64,000 bases of DNA, taken from assembly GCF_006345805.1 (NCBI RefSeq), contig NC_042997.1:46810001-46874000 (forward strand). The letters run 5' to 3'. Origin of the DNA: Octopus sinensis (lineage: Eukaryota). Of this stretch, positions 14,521-28,050 are shown piece after piece. Both the position numbers and the translations under genes were made by a program. Position 1 is the stretch's first letter, and each line of letters opens with the position of its first letter. A model generated the notes under the pieces. The model had not been told where the DNA came from and did no database searches. It saw nothing but the letters and a program-made list of their open reading frames with translations.

Positions 14521-15242
14521 CGGTTCCTGCATTTTCTGCATGCATCAAAGCATCTCCCATGTTCATTTAATCTAAATACGTAAATAAGATATGTATGTAT
14601 AATGTATGTATGTGCATATATGTGTGTGTGTGTGTGAGAGAGAGAGAAAGACAGACAGACAGACAGACAGAGATAGTTTGTAGCCAGGCTACCACTTTAC
14701 GTTACCTCATGCACACTGCTTTAGGTATTATGCTGGTGGAGGAAGAGGCGATTGTAATACAGATCCCGAATTACGACGAAAATTAAATCTTATTATATTT
14801 GTTGGTGGCTGATGAATGAATGCAATTACAAAATGAATATAATTACATCCATTGATAAACTACCTCATTATACTCACATGTAAACACATATTAACGTATA
14901 AATGTGTGTGTGTGTCTGTGTTTGTGTGTGTCTGTGTGCGTCCGTACGTGCGCTGTTTTTACATGTATGTGTGTACTGGGAAGAGTATATGCCTTAGATG
15001 AATTAAAAATATGCATTATGCTGATGGACCAAAATCTGATTGTGATCCAGAATCAGGAAAATCAAATCATGAGGCAATGTATCTGCGGACGTATGATGAA
15101 TAAATGCAATTAGAACAGGAATATGATTACACGCACTGATAAAAAGAATTGATGTCTTGTGGAAATAAAGAGTAACTGGTGACATTGTGAAGTTGTGATA
15201 TTCACACTGGACCTGAGTATGTTATTTATATTAATTTAAATA

Positions 15243-15620
15243 AAGGCAACGAGCTGGTAGAATCGTTAGCACGCATTTTATCCGTCTTTACGTCCTAAGT
15301 TCAAATTCCGCCCTAGGTCGACTTTGCTTTTCATCTCTTCGGGGGTCGATGAAATGAGTACCAGTTGATTACCGGAGGCTATATGTAATCGAGTGGTCCC
15401 TTTCCCCGAAATTGTTGGCTTTGTGCCAAAATTTGAAATTTGTATTAATTTAAATAAAGTCAGCGAGCTGGCAGAATCGTTAACACGCCGGGCAAAATGT
15501 GTACTATCATATCGTCCGTTGTTACAGAGGTACCAGTTGATTACTGGGGTCGATGTAATCGATTTAACACCGCTCCCGAAATTGCTGGCCGTTTGCCAAA
15601 ATTTGAAATCAATATTAATT
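15243..15620 (+). mobile_element. Tandem pair of SINE-A copies
   Basis: Two heads (GAGCTGG(T/C)AGAATCGTTA); both units end in CCGAAATTG..GCCAAAATTTGAAAT. Confidence 0.75.
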
Positions 15621-16428
15621 TAAGTAGTTCAATACAGAAATATAAACGGAGTGTATGTCGAAGTTCATCAACAACTTACGAGTGCATCATAGCACCATAT
15701 CATTATAGTATTTGCCAATTAGGATGCACCTCATAATATGATGCAATCAAGTAATAACGATTAATTTTACTCTTTTTCTTTTAGTAATTTCCACAAATGA
15801 AGGAACAGCTAAGATAATCTTACAAATAAGAATAATTAAATCAGGAAGTATTCATTGCTGCACAGTCACAGACATAGTTTCTGTAGACAAACTGAATTAA
15901 TTATAGCTGAAAACTCTCTTAAAACATCTAATTGCAATTTAACGTGATCAATCTATTGCCATTGCAACACGTAGTTAGTCGCTAGAATACAAGTCTAAAC
16001 AGTAAATGTTGAATATTTTCATTTCCTGTCATCGCTAATGTAAAAGAAATATTCTGTAGAATGAAATAGCAGTTATGAATAATTTACAATAAAAATATGA
16101 AAAAATATTACATTAACTTGTATTTTTTTTACACGCTAGATTGCTGAAGAGAAAATTAATATCACTTACATTCGTAAAAGTAGCACAAAGTAGCCAACGG
16201 AGAGAGAAGTCTCAATGCGATCACTTTGGATTTTAGATATAACATCCGAACGTTATCGTCTTCTGATATTTAAGCCAGTACATGCGATGCTAAAAATGAG
16301 AGCCATAAATTGATGAAAGGTAATACATAACATGTATGAAGCTTTCCAACTGTCTCTCGTGAAAATGAGAGATTTGTACATCTCATTTCTAATTGCATTC
16401 ACACACACAACTTTGTGTGCGTGCGTGT

Positions 16429-16478
<50 letters not shown>

Positions 16479-18028
16479 TGTGTGTGTGTGTGACAAGAAG
16501 GAAACGCCATTGCATCTAAATTCTCTTCACATCATACGATAGTCGTATAAAGGAAGGGCATCATGGGTAAGTAAGTCCGAAAGTAGAAACAAGATCACGG
16601 GTGGGATGCCACTGAGTAAAGATCTTCTCGATCAGCTATGTCCTAGCAACAACAACAAAAACAACAACAAATATATTGTCGTTTTTTTTCTTCTGACGAT
16701 AACATACCAGTAAGTTTCTTCTTTAGAAACACTAATTGTAAATTAGGTCACATTTTGGTATTCTTTTCGATTAAACAAAACGCCACTATTAGATAGGGGA
16801 TGGCTGTGATGTTTATGCCATTCCCATGGGTTTTAAGCTTTAGTAGTCTAAATGAAACCACATTTCATTCTTGGATTGCTATAACATGCTCGTTAGAATT
16901 TAGAACAATAACCATCGATATATTCATTAATTTTGCTCTTATTTTATTTCATTTAATTAAATAATATTTTAAGAACGGCAAAAATAAAATAAAATAAACA
17001 TTGTTTTCTTTTGTGAATGTGTAAAACAGAATATTTGTTTTCATTTCTAGACAGTGTCTAGACCTAGAGAATATTTTATTTTATTAAGGACAAAGTAGAG
17101 AAAAATAAACAATTATAAATGTAAACGACTTTGTTTTTAAACAGAGTGAAATTAAATGAATTCAGTTGCTGCAAATGTAATATTGAGTATTTGCGAGTAA
17201 ACAACGGAGCCGTGTTTGAGAAACTCTGCAAATGAAGTACAAAAGCAATATTATTCGGCGACTAACTATATTAGCCAGAATTGCCTGTAAGGAATTAAGT
17301 ATATTGAAAATAATGAAGATGTATTAAAAGAAACAAAGTAATTTATTAATTATAATTATTCTCAATGAAAATTAAAATTATAATGGCAGCTATTAATTGC
17401 AGCTCTTAAAAATTTACATGGCTGTTGTTATTGCAGATATTAATGATAGCGAGGCGTGAATGTTTTGCGACAGTGGTAAAACAGTGGAACGCGAGGAAAG
17501 TAGTGACGTCATGTGTCAACAAAGAGCAACAGAAAGAGTTAAAACATTGAGCTAAAACTTTTTTGTTGAAAGTAGAGAAGTATTGATGCGCCTAGCTTAA
17601 ATCTTCGTCGAAGTGCAAAGGAATATAAATCAATGCTGAAGGATAAATAAGGCTTTGCATGTGTGTATGTGTGTGTGTGTTTAAGAGAGGGAAGGAGAGA
17701 GAGAGAGAGAGGAGGACGGGGCCAGAGGGAGGCAGAGAGCAAGAGAGGCAAAGAGAGAGACGAGAAAGATGAAATGCTAGTTAAAGCAAGAGGGAGAGAT
17801 AACAAGTGTTGAGTGATGAATCGTTCAGCAGAAAGAGAAATATTGACGTCAGCACAAGGAATAAAACAGTGAAAAGATGAGAGTCAATCAACAGAGGAAA
17901 AGAATCGACGCACAAAGACACTCCTTCACGTGTCGTGTACGCGTGTTTGTTAGTTTATTTGTGCTTCTCTCTCCTTCTCTCTCTCTTTCTCTCTCTCCCC
18001 CTCTCTCTCTCCCTATGTATACATATAA

Positions 18029-18607
18029 GCGCGGGCGTGATTGTGTGGTAACAACTCGCTTCCTAACTGCTTAGTTCCTAGTTCAGTCCCACACCGTGAC
18101 GTCTTGGGCAAGTATCTTCTAGTACAGTGTTGAGCCGAACAAAGCCTTGTGAGTGGCTTTGATAGTTGGAAACTGAAAGAAACTCGTCGTATATACAAGC
18201 TGCCGTGGAACAAGCTGCCAAACGAGATGGTGAAGATGCCGACGACCGCTTTGTTCAAAGCCTCCCTTGACCTCAAGTGGCCTGAACTCTTTACATGAAC
18301 ACCACCCTGTACTTAACTCCATGTCCCCCTACATGGCCTTGCTATTTGCTTTTCAGCCAAATTAACTAACTAACTAACACACACACACACACACACACAC
18401 ACTCATTTACTCTTTTACTTGTTTCAGTCATTTGACTGCGGCCATGCTGGAGCACCTCCTTTAGTCGAGCAAATCAACCCCCAGGACTTATTCTTTGTAA
18501 GCCTAGTACTTATTCTATCGTTCTTTTTGCCGAACCGCTAAGTTACAGGGACATAAACACACCAGTATCGGTTGTCAAGCGATGTTGGGGGGACAAACAC
18601 AGACACA

Positions 18608-18653
<46 letters not shown>

Positions 18654-18992
18654 CGTATATACATATATACGACGGGCTTCTTTCAGTTTCCGTCTACTAA
18701 ATCCACTCAAAAGGCTTTGGTCAGCCCGAGGCTATAGTAGAAGACACTTGCCCAAGGTGACGCGCAGCGGGACTGAACCCGGAACCATGTGGTTCGTAAG
18801 CAAGCTACTTACCACACAGCTCTTTTATTTCATTCAGTCATCTGAATGTGGTCTGCCTTAAAAGGGTTTTTCGCCTGGTACTTTTTCTGTCGGTGGCTTT
18901 TGCTGAACTGCTAAGTTACGGGGATGTAAATACACCGACATCTGTTGTCAAGCGGTGGTGATGGTGGTGGGGAACACAGACAAACACGCATG

Positions 18993-19032
<40 letters not shown>

Positions 19033-19180
19033 ACGGGCTTCTTTCAGTTTCCGTCTACCAAATCCACTCACAAGGCATTGGTCGGCCCGAAGCTATAGTA
19101 GAAGATGCCTCGCAGTGAGACTGAACTCAGAACCATGTGGTTAGGAAGCAAGCTTCTCACCAAATAGCGACGCCTGCGCA
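18029..19180. mobile_element. SINE family B cluster: head half 18029-18190 (+), full copy 18407-18821 (-), copy about 18845-19180 (-)
   Basis: Head GGAGTGGCTGTGTGGTAAG..GGTTCAGTCCC, ACGGAAACTGAAAGAAGCCCGTCG, internal (CA)/(TA) spacer, tail ending (AAAAGAGT)n. Confidence 0.88.
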
Positions 19181-19500
19181 TAATAAAGGAATTAATTTAA
19201 AAGCCAAATGAAATTCAAGGCCAAATATAATTTCGAATTAAATTAAATCAAAATAAATTAATTATAGATTCTCTTTTACGGAACTAGTAGCTTACAGGAC
19301 GTAAACACACCAACACCAGGTGTGAAGCGGTATGGCGAAAAAAAAAACACGCTTCACTACTGGTGTTGGTGTGTTTACATCCTGTAAGCTAGCAGTTCGG
19401 CAAAAGAAAATATATAATTAATTGATTTTGATTTAATTTAATTCGAAATTACATTTGGCCTTCAATTTCATTTGGCTTTTAAGATAATTCTTTTATTTTA
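19181..19500. repeat. Long imperfect inverted repeat (foldback): about 150-bp arms, about 20-nt loop
   Basis: 19181-19329 matches the reverse complement of 19350-19500 with only scattered mismatches. Confidence 0.92.
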
Positions 19501-19594
19501 TCTTTCTTTTTAATTACAAGCTTTTGTCTGTCTCTTTCTAATCTCCATTCCTAATAAAGCTTTCTCTACTTTGCTATCATAATATAGTTACTGT

Positions 19595-19793
19595 TTTACT
19601 CTTTTACTTGTTTCAGTCATTTGACTGTGGCCATGCTGGAGCACCGCCTTTAGTCGAGCAAATCGACCCCAGGACTTATTCTTTGTAAGCCTAGTACTTA
19701 TTCTATCGATCTCTTTTGACGAACCGCTAAGTTAACATACCAGCATCGGTTGTCAAGTGATGTTTGGGGACAAACACAGACACGCAAACATAT

Positions 19794-19826
<33 letters not shown>

Positions 19827-19995
19827 CATATATACGATGGGCTTCTTTCAGTTTCCATCTACCAAATACACTCACAAGGCTTTTGTCGGCCCGAGGCTAC
19901 AGTAGAAGACACTTGCCCAAGGTGCCACGCAATGAGACTGTACCCAGAACCATGTGGTTCGTAAGCAAGCAACTTACCACACAGCCACTCCTACG
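19595..19995 (-). mobile_element. SINE family B, full copy
   Basis: Tail TACTCTTTTACTTGTTTCAGTCATTTGAC, internal (CA)/(TA) spacer, head CTTACCACACAGCCACTCCT. Confidence 0.9.
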
Positions 19996-20613
19996 GCTGC
20001 TAATTTTTTTCATTGTTTTAAAAAATACAATTCATTCCCAATGTGATATAGTGCGAAGGACCAAATATTAAAGATCGAAGCTGACCCCGGCTGTCAGTGA
20101 CCTAAACCAAATTTCAATACTATCTGGATAGAATTTGACCTGAAAACAATGCAATTTTGGGGGGGGGTTTGGTATTTGTGATGAACCAATTAAAAATACA
20201 AAGGCTTTTATGATTGTCCCTTCCTTAATTCCAGCCAGTTTCAATCCCTTCTTCCATCGATTGCTTCCCATCCTCTTTTCTGTCTATTCCTCTCTCTTTT
20301 CCTTTCTTTTCTTCTCTTCCCTTTATCCTTCTTTTCTAAATCATCACTTCTCTTTCCCTTTCCCTCTTCATCCCTCATCCATTTACATTATGCTTAGACT
20401 TATTGCATCGCTCCACACTCACCACGTGACCGTACAATTATTTCAGTGTTCTGATTGGTTAAAACCAGAAATTACTCTGACGAAAATAGCATTAATACGA
20501 TAGGCCGCTCTATTTTATTCAACAAAACCGATTGAGTAAACTTATCAATAAAGAAACTATAGCTACTACAGAAGACAGCTATAAGTCAAATTTACTATAA
20601 TAAACAAGTAAAT

Positions 20614-20651
<38 letters not shown>

Positions 20652-20656
20652 ACACA

Positions 20657-20718
<62 letters not shown>

Positions 20719-21957
20719 ACCAAGATGTGAATTCTTTGGTGCACATGTGGTTAATGCAATTTTCTTTAATGACGGTGTGTGACGCGACGAAAAGCCTAGA
20801 ATAATTATCAGTTTCTTTCTGCTCACATGGGAAGTCGAGCCTTTATATAAGGTGACGCTACACACAAAAATGTGATTGAAGGAATAGCATATCTAATTTA
20901 ATTTTCTTTCCGCGTGTTTAGAAATTGCTGGAGTCTGTTGACGATCATGGTGGTAATATCGGTAACAGTTACGTACGTCATTTATGGTTTTACTCATATG
21001 TAGACAAATAGAAAATTTACACTTAATACATTGTAAGCGGTCAGAGAAGGGGGACAATCTAAGTGGTTGTTAATATGAAAATGCGCTTTGGGAGCCAGTT
21101 AAAAGCGTGTTGTGAGTAATGAACCGACAGGTGAAGCATACAGAACGGGAATATTTAAAAGTGTGTGAATAGGTATAGAGGACGAATGAAGATTTTATGA
21201 AATGTCACAACTCTGTTCTATTCGTACAGCAAGCGAAGACGATGTCACCTTTATCCTTTCTTCCTTTCTAGTCAGCACCGTGCATTCCTTACTCTTTCCT
21301 CCCTTCTACACTATCGACTAGCAAGAGCGATCGAACTTGTCACTGCCACTACAATTACCGTATTTCCCGGTGTTTATGCCGCTATTTGTTTTGCTTTACC
21401 TTCATGTTTTGATAATATTACTTTTTATCTAATAAAGATTTTTATATTGACGAAATGTGTTTGTTGTTGATTATAATAAGATAAAATCATGACAATAACA
21501 AAACATCTCATAGTTGTAAAATAAGACATTTTAAAAATACATATATGTCAACAACAAAAAGCTAGCTGCGGTGTTGATTCTTCGAACAGATTGATGAAAT
21601 TTAGTAGAGATGACCTGGAAGTAGTTCCTCTTCGATTACTATCACAAACAGCATTAACTTTCTTCAACTGAATACACGTCGTTGTTTGGTTGAAATTACC
21701 CAAATGCGACAACTTTAACACGAAATAACTTCTAAAATACGAAATTTTGTGAAAAACGTTCAGAGTAAACCGTGTTCTACGTCAGAAATTCTACGAACAT
21801 TCGAAGTCTCAAACTGTTTAGTTAAAAATAATAATTTTAAAAGTCTGTGATTGGGATGGAATAGATCCTAGCTTTTCTCCTGTATTATTAATGCATCGAG
21901 CTGGCTGAGTCGTTGCCACGCAGGACAAAATGTTTAGTAGTATTCCTTCAGGCTATA

Positions 21958-22352
21958 TCTTTATATATAAAAGTGAGGTTGTGTGCTGTCTGTCTCCTAC
22001 GATTTAGATTCCTAACTACTCCCACATTTTGCGGTGCAGTTTAACCAAAACTGGGTATCTTATAGTCGTGATTCATATCGAGCCCTTCTGGGTATTAGCG
22101 CGCGTCTACGATGAGTCTACGATTAAAAAAAAATTACCATCAATTTTTCCCATTTTTAATGCATTTTTGGACATATAAGGGAAGTAAATCTCTAAAAATG
22201 TATTATTATATCTCAGAACGTAAAAAGCTACAGTAACCCCCCCCCCCTTTGTGGTTAGCCATATTGAGATGGCTATTATACTTTACATTTCTAAAAATGC
22301 TTATATAGTTATTTCCCTTACAAACCCGAGCAACGCCGGGCAATACTGCTTG
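21958..22352 (+). mobile_element. Non-autonomous Helitron
   Basis: A|TC 5' end, subterminal hairpin CCCGAGCAACGCCGGG, 3' end CTTG|T (CTAG variant), no TSD. Homologous to 31649-32047. Confidence 0.8.
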
Positions 22353-22519
22353 TATTCTATACGAGAGGAAATAGTAGCATTAAGTACATTTTATTTGGAA
22401 AGAAAGTCTAAGTCTATAAGTCACAGCGGTCGGAGTCGAGGAAATTGCGAGACAAAGATAGCACCTTTATCGAGTAGAACGGGAAAAAGGTAAATCGAAG
22501 TAAAGTATGCGTCATTTAG

Positions 22520-23330
22520 TTTACTAGGAACAGAAACTCTGTGAAAAGTAAAGAATTTGTGCGGGCTAAGAATAGTGATAAAGGCAGTGATGTGGGTAAC
22601 AGATACATCATCGCCATAACGATTGTATAATTCCAGGTTCTTCTCGGTGAGCTGTGAAAATACTCTAATGTCAATATTGCTAACAAAGAATTTGGAAAGA
22701 AACTAAAGTCCATCTAAAAAAGATTTTGATGGTAAAAGAGAGATTAAGCTAAACGACGAGTGGTGGTATAAGGTTCAAAGAAGATGCAGAAATCAAATCC
22801 TACTGAAGTTGACTTGCATGATTTATTGTATACATAGTAGTAATTTACTGAAGCCGGGGGTGGTGTTGGTAGACACTAATTTTATCTTACTAACATCAAA
22901 TATCACCGTCATTAGTTGAACATTTCTCGTGACCTAGTTTGTTAGTTGACAAAATAAATTAGGCTTTTACTAAAAGAACATAATTATGAGTTATTGACCA
23001 GAAAGTACTTTCTAAATAATGCAATCCTACTGATAAGAGACTGGGTATGTTTCGTAGTTTATGTATAAAGACTCAGGGGTATCTGAACGCTTTCATTGGA
23101 TTCAGTATGTTCCTTGTACGTTAGAAAGACGAGAAAGCGTTTCAGATTATGGATAGATGGGTCGATTGGGAATCAGACAATTTGGATGGAGTTTGTCTTC
23201 TTGCTGTTGTAATTCATTAAATCCATAGCGAGGTCACTTAAATATCAACGGCTGAGTTCACCCGGACTGAAGTAGCTACCGATAATTATATAACTAACCA
23301 ATGCAATCAGTTGCAATCCTTTTGAATTGC
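22520..23330 (-). mobile_element. Possible highly decayed Penelope-like RT remnant
   Basis: With one frameshift the minus strand reads YHQN..MDFSFFPNFFVSNIDIRVFSQLTEKNLELYNRYGDDV, resembling PLE Y.Q..G..MG...P.FANF.M...E....Y.RYVDD. Many stops. Confidence 0.35.
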
Positions 23331-25247
23331 CGACTCTTTCATTCGATTGAAGCGCAAAATTTAATATTCCCCTCTGCCAAATCTACCTGAAAGATGCCAG
23401 TATCCTTGTCCAGTAGGGGTATTTATATTTTATTTGCTTATCACTGAGAAAACCAGAAATAAGCATTTCATCCGAATTGGAGTTTCGAAAAGGTCACAAA
23501 GAGAATATTTAGAGATCAGTGAAATATTCGTGTAAAAGTAGTCACCGATATTGAATTTAAAATACAAATTCTCTCTCATCTGCTAGCAATAAACAATATT
23601 TCGCTCCCTATACTAGGTTAAAATTCCTTTCACTTTTGATGTGAAATAAATATATTCGTGTACGTTATCGAAATGATAAAACAAGTTGATATTAGGCTGT
23701 GAATTATATACGCTGCGAAAAATAAATTGGCACAGTCTTCATATATAGCTCAGACATCGTTATTAAATATGCCACACGAATAGAAGCTAATGAAAAATAC
23801 TCTTCTGTAATGTGAATATTTCTCACAAAGAACTAACTAAATCATAATACAGTTTACTATTGGATATTTCCCCAAGAGAAAACAAGCTCATTTTTTCCTA
23901 TCTGGAGAGATGAAGCTTAATCGACAATTTGAACTGAAAAGCTATTGTATATCATAAAAACATGTATACCTAATATGCAAGCATGCGAGCACACACACAC
24001 ACCTACACATCACACACTTTGGTCTCTTACACACACACACACACGGACACACATACATATATATATTATACATATATATATTTACATATATATATATATG
24101 TGTGTGTGTGTGTATGTATGTGTATTGCGTGTGTATGCGTGCGTGTGTGTGTGCATGCATGCCTTTGTGTGTGCGTGTGCATGTATATATATTAATGTAT
24201 ATATATTAATATTTAGCAACGGCAACAGAGTGACTCAAGGACCGAGAGTTTCATGCGTTATCACTTATCATACCTGCTCTACCTACCTACTTACCTACCT
24301 ACCTATATATTTGTCAATATTCCCCTTCTATCTTTTACATGGAGATGTCGTTCGCGTGTGATTGCAACAATACGTTGGTAATAGCATCACTTTTCAATTC
24401 TCAACATATTCTCCATTGACTAAACCATTACGAACGATTGTGTTGTACAACTTGCCTGTTGAGAATATACATTTATCTATATACACGCACACACGCACAC
24501 ACACACACGCACACACGCACACACACATGTATTTACACATATACACTTGCATACAAACTCGCACCACCAAACACACATGATATTCCAAATTATTTTCGGC
24601 TTTTAATTTTTACGTGTGTTGTGTTAGTTAATCCAAAGCCAACTTCTTCAAATTGCCACTGAGTGGGATTGAACCCTTACACCACGGTAGCAAAAGTGAA
24701 CTTAACCACACAACCTACTTCAGCATATGTACTATACGTGCAGATACAGTTTGATAAATCTGAAAATAATTAAAGGTACCAAATTATGAAGGCGGTAAGT
24801 TCTCTAGAATTATGAATATTACATTAATTACAGATGCAAGAGGAAATAGACAGAAAAAAAAAACAGGACAAGGGGAGAAATAAAGAGGAGTAGAAAGAGG
24901 GAGTAAAGAAGTACAAGAATTGAAGGAACAGCTTTCAAAGAGAGAAACAAAGCTTCTTTACTGGAATATTTATAACAAAAATGGTAAAATGTTACACATT
25001 GAACCCTTGAGAAATCTTTCATCCGTGTTTTTACTCTTCTCTTACGGATTTTATTTTCAAACAGCATTTCATATATATATACATAGATACAGGAGTGGCT
25101 GTGTGGTAAGTAGCTTGCTTCCCAACCACATGGTTTCAGGTTCAGTCCCGCTGCGTGGCACCTTGGGCAGCTACCCTCTACTATTGCCTCAGGGCAACCA
25201 ATTCCTTGTGAGTGGATCTAGCAGACGGAAACTGAAAGAAGCCCGTC

Positions 25248-25306
<59 letters not shown>

Positions 25307-25307
<1 letters not shown>

Positions 25308-25481
25308 AACAATTGCAGCGTGGAAGGTGTTTGTAAGCCATTTAAGAAACACACAAAAGCACGGATTTTTTCAGTGAACAGGTCGCGGTCTCAAAGCGAC
25401 GAAAATATTTTGACAAATTAAACTTAAATGTTGAAGTGTTTCTTAAATGGCTTACAAACACTTTCCACGCTGCAATTGTTT
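25307..25481. mobile_element. 175-bp cassette with 46-bp terminal inverted repeats (inverted Penelope-like pLTR pair, or MITE)
   Basis: AAACAATTGCAGCGTGGAAGGTGTTTGTAAGCCATTTAAGAAACAC (25307-25352) matches the reverse complement of 25436-25481 at 45/46 positions. Confidence 0.85.
25367..25417 (+). ncRNA. Candidate minimal type-I hammerhead ribozyme with G3-C8 variant core
   Basis: Stem I TTTTTCA/TGACAAA (6/7 paired); core GTGAACA; extra G; stem II GTCGC/GCGAC; GAA; palindromic stem III AATATT; UUU cleavage triplet. Confidence 0.55.
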
Positions 25482-25561
25482 TCGTTTCAGCCCACGATCT
25501 CAGATCAAATCACTTGCTATGCAAGTACATCTCCGTAATATATATTTAAATATATATATAA

Positions 25562-25594
<33 letters not shown>

Positions 25595-25603
25595 ATATAT
25601 ATA

Positions 25604-25678
<75 letters not shown>

Positions 25679-26914
25679 TGTGTGTGTGTGGTGTGTGTGT
25701 GTGTATTTGGTTTGTCCGCCCACATCGCTTGACAGTCGATGCTGGTGTGTTAGCGATTCAGTTGCCTCATGTTTCAACATATTTCGCTTGATATGTCGAA
25801 GCTACAAAAAGCAACGATACTCCAGGAGGAAATTTGTATAAGTGGGGAAGATGATGTCACAATACTGCAATATTTGAACTGAAACGATCTGAGAAACGAA
25901 AACCTCATCATGGAAACAATATCAGCTTTATATTGCATGTTGATTTGAAGTTGATACTGTTATTAGAAATAAATCGTACCTTGACGTTAATATAACGCCA
26001 TAGCAGCTTCTCTTGAGGAAAGGAAATATGGCTGTTGAAGCGAATTAGCTCGATTTTCTCGATATATTCATGTTTCACAGAAAAAAATTAATGACTGAAG
26101 TTTAGATTCATGTTATATCTAGTGCCTACTCTGATTATAATCATATGTAAATATATACATTACGCCGCACTGTGTGAGCTTTGTAATGTTATTGAAGTAA
26201 TTAATGTAAAGAATCAAGGTCCAAAACTGGAACACTCCTGACCACTTATGATAGATATCGTCGGCCTTGTGATCTTGTGATCTTGTGGGATTTGTGTATC
26301 GTTTTTCGTAACAGTAACTGTAGTTGTTTCCTTTGAATTTAACTGCTGAAAAGTTTTGGCAGGATGTGTTCAATGTCATAAAATGTGTTGCTGAATTCAG
26401 TATGTATATATGACATTTATTTTTCACTATTACTCAAAATATTCAAGATATCACCGAAATGAAATTGAAGCTATTTTGAGCAGTGAGTGTATGGTGCATG
26501 AAAACTAGGCTGTTTGGCGTGTGGTGATTATTGGTTTCCAGCAAGTCATATGTTCTTCATCTCTTCATCTCACCACTTCCTGTAAAGCTTCAGTGATGTG
26601 AGAGCTGAATGAAACTTGTAGTTTATCACGAGCGACTTATTTCAGTTTTCGAAAATTGAGATGATAGATTAGGATTGAGTGTAGTCGGTTATATCTGCTG
26701 GATGCATTGATTTCTATCAGAGTTTAGGTAACAGTAATGAAAATCAAGAGGTAACGAGGAGTATATCGGGACCTGCTACTGATCGGCTTTAAATATATTT
26801 ATTTCTGCTATGATGCTATGATATCCATTGTGCCGAAAGGTTACGTCAGGGTTTCTTCGGGTCGCCTTCCATGTATTTAGCACAATTGTGGAAAATTTTG
26901 TTTGCGGCAAACAT

Positions 26915-27313
26915 TCTTTTCTACCCTAAGCACAAGGCCCGGAATTTTGGGGGAGGGCACCAGTCGACTATATCGACCCCAGTACGCAACTGGTACTTAA
27001 TTTCTCGACCCCGAAAGGATGAAAGGCAAAGTCTACCTCGGCGGAATTTGAAATCAGAATATAAAGACAGACGAAATACCTATTTCTTTACCAACCACAA
27101 GGGGCTAAACACAGAAAGGACAAACAATGACTGACAAAGGGATTAAGTCGATTATATCGACCCCAGTGCGTAACTCGTACTTATTTAATCGACCCCGAAA
27201 GGATAAAAGACAAAGTCGACCTCGGCGGAATTTGAACTCAGAATGTAGTGGCAGACGAAATACCGCTAAGCATTTCGCCCGGCGCCTTAACGTTTCTGCC
27301 AGCTCGCCGCCTT
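26915..27313 (-). mobile_element. Dimeric SINE-A
   Basis: Head at 27313, first body and tail, junction AAAGAAATA|GGTATTTCGTC near 27070-27086, second headless body with a different tail. Confidence 0.85.
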
Positions 27314-27676
27314 CATATGCGGCAGACATTAAGTAATTTAGTAGGGATGGAGTGGCAAATAGAGAGAACACGTGGCTAACGTTAAATTTTCTCAATGGTC
27401 TAGACTTCTTTCAAGGCCTTTAATACTTGATGCATTTGTCATGTCGTTCTCTGGATAATATTGTTTACACTCGTGCACAGTTTATGCAGTCGATTATGAG
27501 TGTTGCTATTGCTAAAACTGAACTAAATCTTCTGATACTTTTTAATGAGTGCATTTTTCCTCTTAGGACCTGACTTCTAATTATTCTTACACGAGTGAGT
27601 CACGGTGTGCACTGAAAATATAATGATATCCATAGCCACAAACATCTGCCAAGTCACTTTCATGTTTGAAGATGTA

Positions 27677-27708
<32 letters not shown>

Positions 27709-28050
27709 TGTGTGTGTGTAAAAGAGTCGTCGATTAATGGAAGATCGTCTAAAAGTTTTCAACAGATTTCAGTGTGCAAATCCTTATTTGAAAAATGGGT
27801 GATGGTCTGAGTTTATGTGGTGTAGAAATGAAATTCTGAAAACTAGAATTATAGTGTATAATATATGCGTGTATTTGTGTGTGTATGTGTATGTATATTT
27901 GTGTGTGAGTGTGTGTGTGTTGGTTTGTGGGTGAAGAGAGAGAGAGAGAAAGAAAGATGAGAGATAGAGATAAATGGACATATACATATATATGTATGTG
28001 ATTGTGTGTATATAGATGCATAAGGATATACTTACATATTTACATGTATA

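Larger units (their letters stand above)
25090..25755 (+). mobile_element. SINE family B copy with a nested inverted-repeat cassette in its (TA)n spacer
   Basis: Head at 25090-25250, (TA)n, insert at 25307-25481, then TA/TG repeats and a partial tail GCTTGACAGTCGATGCTGGTGTG. Confidence 0.85.

Noticed and set aside
23330-23430. Protocadherin-like peptide LDKDTGIFQVDL on the minus strand
   Set aside because: Surrounded by stops, with no cadherin DxNDN/LDRE motifs. Better explained as decayed TE sequence.
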